Part shown: one piece after another, positions 9,131-18,400 of the stretch
Layout: every line of letters starts with the position of its first letter
Numbering within the stretch: position 1 is the stretch's first letter
IMG/VR virus record: IMGVR_UViG_3300030099_003935
Coordinates: 1-34,380 of that record
DNA from: a virus
Lineage: Duplodnaviria > Caudoviricetes
Direction: 5' to 3' (one strand)
Length of the DNA stretch: 34,380 bases
Program-made: the position numbers and the translations under genes
The notes under the pieces: model-generated
Told to the model about the DNA's origin: nothing
Seen by the model: the letters and a program-made list of their open reading frames with translations, nothing else
The model's database searches: none

Positions 9131-10692
9131 TAGCTTACACCTGCTCTGGGTTTGCGTTGCCTGCCAATAACTTTGTATTGCAGGTGCGTTCGACGAATAC
9201 GATACGGTTCGTCTTTTGTATTATTGGTAAACTTTAACGAACTGTGTGGGTCATATCCCTTTAAATCTAAGTCTTTACTAACCATACGCTTTGTACCTAC
9301 CGCGTCTGAGTCAAGCGTAAATGCATCCATCACGCCGCCGCCGCCTGTTGTCGTCAGCGTCCCTACGTTGCCCCCTACGCCCTGCGATTCTTGTTGTACG
9401 GTTAATGTGAACGCGCCCAACGAGTCATAATATGTCCGCGCATAAAGCCACCGAAGGTCTACGTCTCCCCCCAACGGCGCTGGTGACGATGTTTCAAAAT
9501 GACTGTCATATGCTGCCGTCTCGTGGTTGTATGTTGCTGCCGGCGCGTGGTCTAACAATTTGCCGTTAAAATTTCCTGCATGTGGCTTGTCGTCAATAAT
9601 TCCCGCACAATTGCGTTCAAACGTATCACTTAGCCCGTTTAATGGTCCATACCACGCAAAACGCGTTTCGCCGCTTGTCTCATCTGCGTAGCGATGGCGC
9701 AATGACATAACCATAATTTCATTGCAATTCGTATTGTCGTTTGGCAACCAAAACCACACCTCGTTTTGGTCTGCATAATATATGGCAAAACTTTGTTTGA
9801 GCCGGCTTTTGTTTACATTAGCCCAATACCCTTCGTCAAGTGCGTAGGATACTTTGTCCACCGTTTCCCCACCGGCCCACAGATATACCCCATCCTCCAA
9901 TACATACACTTGCGCATTGCCGGGAATCGTGACAATAGCCCGCCCAGATAAACTACCCCCCTGCTGCGGGTTACGCGGATCTGTCGTTGTGCGCTGTTGT
10001 AGCTGATACGGGATAGTTGCATTGCCTGTGGGGATAAGCACCGCAATAAAATCCTCGGTATGTATCGCCAATGCGTTTTGTAGGGGCTGTAAGCCCCTTA
10101 CAGGGCTACCGAGGTTGTAAAAGGAGGTAGCACCCCACGTTTCAGGATCACCCGCACTGGAGTACCACACGCGGTCCTCGTTTGCGTTTGTGTTTGCCAT
10201 CCATACGCGGTTGTCAAAAAACGCAACGTGGTCTGCCGTTGTAAATCTACTGTCAACGTCTAATGCGGCAGCGTTGCCCGTTCCAGTCCACTTTATAGGC
10301 GCGTCAACTCCGTTTGTTAGCACGAGCGTATCAAACGCCCGCACCCATTCAAACGTGTTGTCGTTTCCTGCTGTGATTGTTACTGAGCCAGTAATAGCTG
10401 ACCATCCGCTATCGTATTTGTAAATGGCTGCGCCGGCCACTAAAAATACGTGCTCGACTCCTGTTGACGGTACGCGAAATTGTCCGCAAGCTGTGACCGT
10501 TGGCGTCCCAGATATTGCCGCTGCATTTTGATAACTTTTAGTGCCTAAAACTTTTTCAATGCCGGCAGATTGCGTTAGGCGCGTATTAAGCATGTCTTGC
10601 AACCCATTAGGACCAATGTCCTCTGGCGGCAAATCATATCGCACGCCCATTGTCCACGGGCCGTATTTTATTGTATCAGCAGCTATAGGCAT
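9130..10692 (-). CDS. Tail nozzle / packaged-DNA stabilisation protein (P22 gp10-like, tail tubular protein B type)
   Basis: About 520 aa with beta-propeller-like motifs (LVLTNGVDAPIKW, FDNRVW, RVWYSSAGDPETW, NEVWFW); follows the adaptor gene. Confidence 0.75.
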   Translation of the reverse strand: MPIAADTIKYGPWTMGVRYDLPPEDIGPNGLQDMLNTRLTQSAGIEKVLGTKSYQNAAAISGTPTVTACGQFRVPSTGVEHVFLVAGAAIYKYDSGWSAITGSVTITAGNDNTFEWVRAFDTLVLTNGVDAPIKWTGTGNAAALDVDSRFTTADHVAFFDNRVWMANTNANEDRVWYSSAGDPETWGATSFYNLGSPVRGLQPLQNALAIHTEDFIAVLIPTGNATIPYQLQQRTTTDPRNPQQGGSLSGRAIVTIPGNAQVYVLEDGVYLWAGGETVDKVSYALDEGYWANVNKSRLKQSFAIYYADQNEVWFWLPNDNTNCNEIMVMSLRHRYADETSGETRFAWYGPLNGLSDTFERNCAGIIDDKPHAGNFNGKLLDHAPAATYNHETAAYDSHFETSSPAPLGGDVDLRWLYARTYYDSLGAFTLTVQQESQGVGGNVGTLTTTGGGGVMDAFTLDSDAVGTKRMVSKDLDLKGYDPHSSLKFTNNTKDEPYRIRRTHLQYKVIGRQRKPRAGVS

Positions 10693-11603
10693 TAGCCCGC
10701 CTCAACCACAAGCTGGTTGTCTGTGCGGACCATGTAGTCATGGTCTTCAACTTGCGAAGGATACCGCCGATTGCCCTGTTGCAGCAGGTTTTGTTTTTTC
10801 ATAAGAGTGACTGCGCGGGCCAATTCGCCAGCTTCTCTTTGCGCTCCCTGCTCGTCACCTTTTTCCTGCAATAGCAATTTCGTAGCCCCATAAACCAGCG
10901 CCGACTCACCTATTTGCGGAATGCCTAATTTTAGGAAGCTATACCCGTCATTCGACGCAGACCACGTAGATATTGCCATTTGATATCGCGCCCGTATTTC
11001 CTGCCCGGTGGTTGATGGCGTGTAATAAAACTCAACCTCTGGGTAGCCGGTGGTGGAGTCCGTACCACCGACTAAAACCTTATACACATTCCCGGAGAGG
11101 CTGCGGTCTTCATCCCAGAGGTCGTACTCGTCTGGCCCTATAATCTCTATAGGCCATTCGTCGGTCACATTCATAAACGACCACCACGCGCCTACGTACC
11201 CGTCTACGGGCGTATAAACGCGTGTATTGGCTGCCGACTGGTAAGTAGAGGTAGTGCTGCTGGAGCCGCCTGAGAGCGTCTCAGAGGCTGTAAACGCTGC
11301 TGATTCGTTATAGACAAACAGCAACCCGTTGGTAGTATCGTGTGAGTCTACTACCGCTGTACTGCCAGACGAACTACCTGTGATGGTTTCGCCTACAGTA
11401 TATACGCCAGACGCACCAGTTATTGTAAGGGTTTTTGTTGTGCGAAAGGTTACAGTGCGGTTCAACCACCACCACTTTAACAGATTTGCAATTTCAACCG
11501 CATTAATATTTAAATAGCGCCTTGCCCGGTTTTTAAATGTAGTGTTGGTAGCTTCCAATCCTACCCGGTCAAGCACTAATTCTATGCCTTCAGCTAATGT
11601 CAT
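10692..11603 (-). CDS. Head-tail adaptor (P22 gp4 / tail tubular protein A-like) with inserted beta domain
   Basis: N-terminal MTLAEGIELVLDRVG...RRYLN...WWWL and C-terminal IP...ALVYGA...E motifs typical of podoviral adaptors. Confidence 0.7.
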   Translation of the reverse strand: MTLAEGIELVLDRVGLEATNTTFKNRARRYLNINAVEIANLLKWWWLNRTVTFRTTKTLTITGASGVYTVGETITGSSSGSTAVVDSHDTTNGLLFVYNESAAFTASETLSGGSSSTTSTYQSAANTRVYTPVDGYVGAWWSFMNVTDEWPIEIIGPDEYDLWDEDRSLSGNVYKVLVGGTDSTTGYPEVEFYYTPSTTGQEIRARYQMAISTWSASNDGYSFLKLGIPQIGESALVYGATKLLLQEKGDEQGAQREAGELARAVTLMKKQNLLQQGNRRYPSQVEDHDYMVRTDNQLVVEAG

Positions 11604-11828
11604 TCATATCACGTTTGCCCACGCTCCATTTTCGTAGCACTGGAGCTTATTGGTTGTCGTGTTGTAGATGATCCACCCATTAGATGCAGAAAGCGCGTCG
11701 CGCTCTGCTGTGGTCACCTGCGGCGCTGCCAGCACTGTGCCGGCTTCTATCACGTCAAACTGCGCTATCGTTCCAAACGACGTTGCTTGTTTTTGCTGAC
11801 CGGCTACTACCGGTGAGCGTTGGTTCAT
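11604..11828 (-). CDS. Small virion-associated protein with PxxTTAERD...IYNTTT...W motif
   Basis: The motif PQVTTAERDAL..GWIIYNTTTNKLQCY..GAW resembles segments common in phage fibre/spike proteins. Confidence 0.55.
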   Translation of the reverse strand: MNQRSPVVAGQQKQATSFGTIAQFDVIEAGTVLAAPQVTTAERDALSASNGWIIYNTTTNKLQCYENGAWANVI

Positions 11829-12457
11829 TACAACGCGCCCACATCGTTCGGCAACGTCTGGTCTGCGGCAATGTCAAAACGCACGTTGCCGTCCATCTTA
11901 GTGCCGGCAGCGTGATGGTCTAACCAGAGCTTGTATTCCTGCGTCTTCACCGGTATTTCTTTTTCGTCTAACATAGCTTCTTCTTTGTTAGACGTTGTTT
12001 GCCCATCGACCGCTATGTACATCGGAATCCATGACGGAGGCAGCGGCACCCACCCGGGGTCGTGCTCTATTTCAACGCCACCATAGACACGCAGTGCTTC
12101 TTCCTGCCGATAGTTGCGATTGTATTCGCCTTTAGGAGCGCCCTTGCCGGCAGTAATACCCAACACCTCTGCAGCGTTAGGTGCGGCTGCAAGCAAGTCA
12201 ACTAAGCGCGATTTTGCTGTTGGGTCATCTTTAACTTCGTTTAATATCTGGTCTATTAGACGCCCGGGCTCTGAAGGTTTTTTCTTTTTTCTTGCCGGCT
12301 TCACGTCTACCAGCGGCTGCAAATCACCTTCGTCTATCGCTTTTGCGTTAGCTGCTTCAACCAGCTCTTGCGCTTTTTTGTCTGGTTCGCCCTTTTTTTG
12401 ACCTACGGGTTGACCCATTGAATCAAACCCACTGTCGCTACTTTGCCGCTTTGCCAT
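11828..12457 (-). CDS. Hypothetical protein (start revised to MAKRQ at 12457)
   Basis: The ORF-track TTG start at 12520 lies at a terminator-like hairpin, so the ATG at 12457 is more plausible. Confidence 0.7.
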   Translation of the reverse strand: MAKRQSSDSGFDSMGQPVGQKKGEPDKKAQELVEAANAKAIDEGDLQPLVDVKPARKKKKPSEPGRLIDQILNEVKDDPTAKSRLVDLLAAAPNAAEVLGITAGKGAPKGEYNRNYRQEEALRVYGGVEIEHDPGWVPLPPSWIPMYIAVDGQTTSNKEEAMLDEKEIPVKTQEYKLWLDHHAAGTKMDGNVRFDIAADQTLPNDVGAL

Positions 12458-12488
12458 ATTCTGCTTTCGTATTGTGTGTCTAAAGCAA

Positions 12489-12519
12489 TGCGCGAAGAGC
12501 CGCGATGACCCCTCGCGCA
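12489..12519 (-). terminator. Intrinsic terminator-like hairpin after the capsid and decoration genes
   Basis: Minus-strand RNA UGCGCGAGGGGUC-AUCGC-GGCUCUUCGCGCA forms a 13-bp stem with 3 G-U pairs (these pair only on the minus strand), followed by UUGCUUU. Confidence 0.65.
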
Positions 12520-12525
12520 ATTACA

Positions 12526-13032
12526 TTAGGAGTACTTGAAGTCTGCTACGTGCGGACGAACAAGATTTACTAATGCCAAACCACTGCTCGGCGTGTCAAG
12601 CGCCGACGCTGTAGTCATACCGTAAATCAAGTCGCCGCCCACTTCTGCGTCATCAATAGACCCACCCGTACTGGTCAGGAAACAAGCTTTATTGTCTGCA
12701 AGGCTTGCCAGCCCCTTGACAACGCCCAAACCTGACACCTGATAGAAGCCATAATAGTTTGCAACATTAGCTGACATGCTGGTTCCTATCATGCCGGTAT
12801 CGTTAGCCGTAGCCAGCGACGTCGTAAACCCGTTGGCGTCAATTAGTGCCGCACTTCCTACTACAGTTGAAGCAACACCTTTAGCGTAAATGAACTCGCC
12901 TACGCCGTAGTTAGTGCTGCCGTCGATATCCTTAGCAGTCACGATGGTCCCCAGCGGGAAATTCTGATACGTGCTGGTTTCATCAATATTCTGACCACCA
13001 CCGATACTTCCGATGATTTTCCAATTTGCCAT
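12526..13032 (-). CDS. Capsid decoration / cement protein
   Basis: 168 aa, immediately after the major capsid gene; FPLGT...GEFIYAKG and YGFYQVSG motifs resemble head decoration proteins. Confidence 0.6.
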   Translation of the reverse strand: MANWKIIGSIGGGQNIDETSTYQNFPLGTIVTAKDIDGSTNYGVGEFIYAKGVASTVVGSAALIDANGFTTSLATANDTGMIGTSMSANVANYYGFYQVSGLGVVKGLASLADNKACFLTSTGGSIDDAEVGGDLIYGMTTASALDTPSSGLALVNLVRPHVADFKYS

Positions 13033-13049
13033 TCAGCGTATACCCTCTC

Positions 13050-14033
13050 TTAGATTCCGGTTATGTTAGTTGCCACGCCGAGACGACGGCGATTGTTCGT
13101 AATCTGCTGAACACCAGCGACCATATAAGAAAGCTGGGCAAGCTGACCGTTCGACTGCAACGATACAAACGGAGTCTTCTTGAAGTTAGCGTTACGCATA
13201 ACGCGCAATTGGTGAGCGCGCTTGTCGACAAAATAAGCGTGGCTTGCCGATATGTCTTCGTCGGCTACAATCTTAGCGCCCATAAAGCTCGGGAACTCCT
13301 CGCCTTTTAGACCCTTGATATCGCTGCCTGATAGCTGCACATACCCTTGCGACGTCAACGCTACGCGATATGCGCCGGCTATGCTGTAGGTTGTAAAGAT
13401 AGCATCAGTGCGACCACCCTGCTTGCGCACGGCGTCCATGACTGCATTAAATCGCGTAATGCCGTCAAAGATATTAGTGGTTGTCTGTGTCAAAAACGTG
13501 GTAGCAGTCGTATCTTTCTGGTTTTGCCAGTAGGCGCTTGTTCCCGAGTTAATGCCACCAACCGTGCCAGTGCCGTCATCTGCAATGATGTCCTGCAAGC
13601 CCAACATAGACTTGCCAGACTGTGCGCCACAAGCGTCCTCGTTAATCGTTTTGAGGAGGCTGTTCATGGCGTTGTCACCCAGCGCCGAGAGTAGGTCAAA
13701 GACCTGCTCGGGACCGCTGTTTTCCCAGTCCTCGGTATCCGAAAGGATCACGGGGACAGCATAGTAACGGCGCTTGTAGAAAGCCGACTCAAAAGGGTCA
13801 CGCGGGGATTTGCTCAATGGATCATACTTATCAAACGCTTCTGCAGTGCCGGCGCTTGATTCAAGAATGACTTGTATCTCTTTACCCCCGCCGTCAACCA
13901 TCTGCATTCCGCGCTTACGGAGAGAGTCAATAACATTATAGGGCTCAAAGATATTGTCGATTACTTCGGGATCAATCGTGCGTCGCGTTGACGACCAGCG
14001 ACTATCCCATGTTTCTGATGTGGTTTGTGCCAT
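13050..14033 (-). CDS. Major capsid protein (HK97-like fold inferred)
   Basis: 327 aa with a strong RBS (GAGG), after the scaffold gene; IDNIF...GGxEIQVIL, GLQDII...VGGIN...YWQN and NRRRLGV motifs. Confidence 0.85.
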   Translation of the reverse strand: MAQTTSETWDSRWSSTRRTIDPEVIDNIFEPYNVIDSLRKRGMQMVDGGGKEIQVILESSAGTAEAFDKYDPLSKSPRDPFESAFYKRRYYAVPVILSDTEDWENSGPEQVFDLLSALGDNAMNSLLKTINEDACGAQSGKSMLGLQDIIADDGTGTVGGINSGTSAYWQNQKDTTATTFLTQTTTNIFDGITRFNAVMDAVRKQGGRTDAIFTTYSIAGAYRVALTSQGYVQLSGSDIKGLKGEEFPSFMGAKIVADEDISASHAYFVDKRAHQLRVMRNANFKKTPFVSLQSNGQLAQLSYMVAGVQQITNNRRRLGVATNITGI

Positions 14034-14054
14034 TCGTATACCTCTTGTTTAACC

Positions 14055-14993
14055 TTACATAGTCTGACTAATTTCAGCGATTGCTGCAGACTTGCTAATG
14101 GCTCCCCCGCCGCTGTCTCTAACGGTAGCCCCGTTACCGCGCCCTACCGCCGCCTGCTTTGCGACGTTTCGCTGCGCGCGTTGCTCTTGCCGCGCTCTGT
14201 TCGCATCGTCTGCTTGCCGGCCAGTCCATTTACTTACTAACTCGCTCAACGTAAAATTGTTACCCGTGTCAGGATTCTGCACGTTCAACATATCACGGTT
14301 GTTAGTAATAAATTTTAGGGTCAACGGGTCTGTTAGCGTTTGCTCACCTAATAGCGACTTTGCTTCTTCTATTTGCTGCAGCAATTCGCCTTCGCGTTTT
14401 TGCTGTTGTTGTTGCGCAATAGAATACATGAGCTGCCTATCTTGATCGTAGTTTTCCAACCCCATATTTTGCATACGCTGCTGGATACGCTCTTCGACCA
14501 ATTTGTTGACATACTCTATGCCGGCTGCCTGCTCCATAAGCGCGCGCTGTTGCTGCGGGTCATCGACCTGCATTGCGCGCTCACGCAACGTGCCAGCATC
14601 ACCGAGCGCCTCTGCTGTTGCATTTTGCGCCGGCTGCTGTTGCCGTTCGGCTTGCCATCTTGCCCGCTCTTCCTCAAAGGCTCTACGCTCGTCTAAGAGT
14701 CGTTGGTTGCCTTGCTGGAAATAACGATCTGCTTCACGCCTTCCTTTTTCAAACTCAGATAGGTTATCTTTGTTGGTTTGTTGTGTGCTATTTGAAGTAG
14801 CACGTTGTGTTGTTGAGTCGTCGTTGGTCTGCTCCGTTGTCGGTTCAGGGTCCGAAGATGGTTCATCCACCTCAAGCATCCCCAGTCCCATCTCGGGCAT
14901 ACTATCCCGGGAAGAGGTTTCTGCAGATCCTGATGATGGGCCACTTTCGGTCTGCCCTGACTCCGCTCCAGAGTCCACGGCAATCTCAGACAT
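14055..14993 (-). CDS. Capsid scaffolding protein
   Basis: Acidic disordered N-terminus and Q/E/R coiled coil; directly upstream of the capsid gene; RBS AAGGAG. Confidence 0.75.
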   Translation of the reverse strand: MSEIAVDSGAESGQTESGPSSGSAETSSRDSMPEMGLGMLEVDEPSSDPEPTTEQTNDDSTTQRATSNSTQQTNKDNLSEFEKGRREADRYFQQGNQRLLDERRAFEEERARWQAERQQQPAQNATAEALGDAGTLRERAMQVDDPQQQRALMEQAAGIEYVNKLVEERIQQRMQNMGLENYDQDRQLMYSIAQQQQQKREGELLQQIEEAKSLLGEQTLTDPLTLKFITNNRDMLNVQNPDTGNNFTLSELVSKWTGRQADDANRARQEQRAQRNVAKQAAVGRGNGATVRDSGGGAISKSAAIAEISQTM

Positions 14994-15007
14994 ATCTTCT
15001 CCTTTAA

Positions 15008-15472
15008 TTATTCGGTTGGGTCAATCCCATAGCCAGATTCGACTTTGCGGTCAAGGTTGCCAGATTCTTTCCGGTCTACCTTGTCCCATTCTATACTATT
15101 AATAATCTCTTCTTCGCTGTTAGCCGCAAGTACTTTATTTGTGTTTCGTTTGGATTTTGCTTTTTGCTGGGCTTCGTAAGTTTCCAGCTCTATTTGACTG
15201 CGGCTTTTCATTTCACCTTCTACTAACCCCAATGCTTTTAACTTTTGCCGGCGGTCTGTGGCATTTTCGTAATACAGCCCGGTCTGTGGGTCAGGTTGGT
15301 TTTGGCTATGCCCTTGTGACGACATAAGTCGATTAAACACGCCCATTGACCCGAAATTAATCGTCGACACCTTGCCGCATTCGGGACATTCGCGCGTCTT
15401 CATAGGCCGGCCCGTGTAGTATACGTCCATCTCGACGTGGCCGTGTCCGCAGATGTAGTTGTGTGTTGGCAT
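15008..15472 (-). CDS. FmdB-like zinc-ribbon protein (start revised to 15472)
   Basis: MPTHNYICGHGH...CPECG; GAGGA RBS before the ATG at 15472. Confidence 0.75.
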   Translation of the reverse strand: MPTHNYICGHGHVEMDVYYTGRPMKTRECPECGKVSTINFGSMGVFNRLMSSQGHSQNQPDPQTGLYYENATDRRQKLKALGLVEGEMKSRSQIELETYEAQQKAKSKRNTNKVLAANSEEEIINSIEWDKVDRKESGNLDRKVESGYGIDPTE

Positions 15473-15476
15473 ATCC

Positions 15477-18400
15477 TCACTCATTGTTTGCGGTGTAAGC
15501 TGCAGCGGCAGCGCCTGCGCCGACCGGATATAATACAGGAGCAACGGAGGCAAGCAGGTCGCCCGTGCCTTCTGTCCTTACATTAGCCTGCGCTTTTACG
15601 TTTGCAATTTCGCCTATCAGATATTGCACATAATCATCGTTCCGCTGAATTTCTGCGCTTAATTCAGCCAATTTATTTCCTTCTTGCTCGCTTATGTTTG
15701 GCTTGCTATATGCCTCATTGCTTAACTCTTCCCACTCCATGTTAAGGCGCACGTTTTCCGCATCCGTCTTTTGCACAGCCCGCTCAAGCGATGCTACAAT
15801 TCGTTTTTGCTTGTCTATATCGTCGGGTGTTACCGTTTTAGGTGCCGATTCTGGGTCAAAAGTGGCAAACCGACTTCGTATCTGAGCCGGGTCAAACACC
15901 ACGTAGATGTCGGTTGTTCCTCCTCCGTCCCTCGTATTGCGGAAGATAGCTCCATCATTGCCGGCCATACGCGCTTGTTCCAACAAATCTCTATAAGTCA
16001 CCTCTCGGTAACCTTTACCTTGAAAATCGTATTCAAGCGGGTTAGTCAAACGCAATTTGACGGGCATGATGTTTTTCCCCGACTCTCTAAGCTGATGTAA
16101 CTCACTTGATAATCTTTCTCTTTTATCGGGAAAATCAGGATCTGTGTGCGCGATGCCTTTGGTTTTTTCTACTCTGCGAAATTCATCGGCCATTTTCGTT
16201 AATTCAGATTCAAGATAGTCTATTCTATTAGCAGTTTTAGGACGCAAAGTAGCTATGTCCGCAATCATAGCGTAATTACTGGCAGTCTTTGGATCAGCAG
16301 AAAAAAAGTATCCTACACGCGCGCTTGGTGCATCTGTTGTTGCCCCTAATAATCCCGGATCAAAACTTTCTATATCACCTTTTGTGCCATGAAACGCATC
16401 TATGTTAAACCCTTGCTCCACCGCGCGATCCATACGCGCTTTTTCGACCTCATCAAGTGTATCGTAAGCTTGCCCCGCGCCAAACTCTCTACCTTTTGCT
16501 GCAGTAGCTTGCGCTCTCAAATATTTGTCTTTTTCGCGCAACGGCTGCAATAGGCTTTTCCATTCTTCTTCTGTAATTATGCCGGCTTTCTTTTTTTCAA
16601 AGTTATCTTTAAATATTTGCTTATTGTCTTCTATCTGCTGCACTAATTCCGCTTCTGTGGCTTGTCCTACTGGCCGGCCCATTCCAGCTATTGCGCCTGT
16701 TTGTGCTTGCTCGGCTGCAAGCTCTGCGCTGCGGGCTCCGCGCGCGGTCATGGGCTGGTTACCCTTTTTTTTTACATATACGCCGGCTGCACCGAGGGTT
16801 ATACTCTTAACGTCATAGCCTTCCCCCAGCACCGTTTCTATGTATTCCTTTAACTCAGGGTTGGTAAACCCCTTTTGATACGTGCCGGTTGACGTGACAA
16901 GCGACATCGGCTCCGGTCCGGGCGTCCCTTTAGCATTCAATACATCTCGCCCTCTGGTCGTAATAATCGCACTGCCGCCCGGCCTCATAACGCGCCCTAT
17001 ATCCTCAACGATAAAATCCCTGACCTGCGGACTGACGACGTTAAGCACGTTTAAGTTGACAACACGCTCGTACTGATTGTCTGGAATGACTTTTGAGTCT
17101 GTGTAATCATACGTTACGCCGAGTGCTTCACCCCTTGCCGTGTTAGGCTCAAACATATCGTAGCCCAGCATCTCTTTAGAAAACCCCAAACCGGCTCCAT
17201 AGTCCAACGTCTTACCGACGGCTTGCTGGTCATCCAGATACTGATTGGCTTTAATGTACGTGGGTTTTGTTGTTGTTATCTGTGTCCTTATAGATTCTTC
17301 AGCGTCAGGATAGTCAAAGTCTTCAAATTCTTTGAGTTTCTGCTCGCGTAGCTTCTTTGCGTTCCTTGCACCTGTCGCCGCTTGCTTGATAAACTTAGGT
17401 GCGCCCCCCATAGCCGCTGCACCCATCATAGCGCCGCCGGCTGCCTGCATCTCAGGATCGTCACTTGCCATCGCATTAAGCCCGCCGGCTCCTAACAAAA
17501 GGAACGCGAGCGTGGGCACACCCCCCATGTCCGTGATGCCCTTGCGCTCCATGTAGCCTCGGACGCCATCAAGCCACTGCTGGTCTAACACCTCAAAGTC
17601 TGCACCCATATGGAATTTGCCCATCTGCGAATGCAGCTCCATAGGATTGCCTTCTTTTGTTTTTAACGTCCGGTATTTATCAAACGTCTTTGGAAACATG
17701 ATAGGTGCGGGTATATCAACCTGCTCCATAACGCCTTGATATTGCCCCGGTATGCCAGTATCGTAGGATCTGTGGCCGGCATCTGGTGGCGCACTGGGAT
17801 CACGCAGCGTTGCGTCGGGGTCCATGCGCAAAACAGCGCCGCCCGTATCGCCACGCTGCACTGACCGTAATTCAGGCTCCGTCATTTGATACGCTGCATC
17901 TTTGTAACTGGGGAAGCCCAGACCGCGCATATCCTCTCGCGCTATTGTTTGGACAACAACTTTGCGAAGGTCGCCCGAGCCTAACCTCCTGTATTCTTTA
18001 CCTGATGGGCCTGCTATCCCTAACAACTGTGCCATCGCCTCTGGGTGATCTATGCCCAAAAAGTCGTCAAGCAAGCTGTCTTCAATAACCTCTGTGGGTC
18101 TACCTTTTTTCACGCCCTCTACGATGCGTTGCTTGTTTACCGTTTGTATTGCTTCGTTAATTTTTTGATCTAATTTTTTTCTTGCTGCAGCCGGCACTCT
18201 TATTGTATTCAACTGCCCCATTAGCAACTCTACGACAGGAGTAGAAAAGTCTACAGCGCCTTCACCCATTGCAGTATATACGCCCAGCACAGGCAGCCCA
18301 GTGGCTTCGCTTGCGGTTATTACGTGGTTTTGTTTACCCCTCGCTATGCCATAGTTAGATGCCCACGAAAAATCATCCCTGCCAAAACCATACGTCGGCC

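Noticed and set aside
14930-14936. Another CTGATGA hammerhead-core-like heptamer
   Set aside because: It lies antisense within the scaffold CDS and lacks flanking stems and a correctly placed GAAA.
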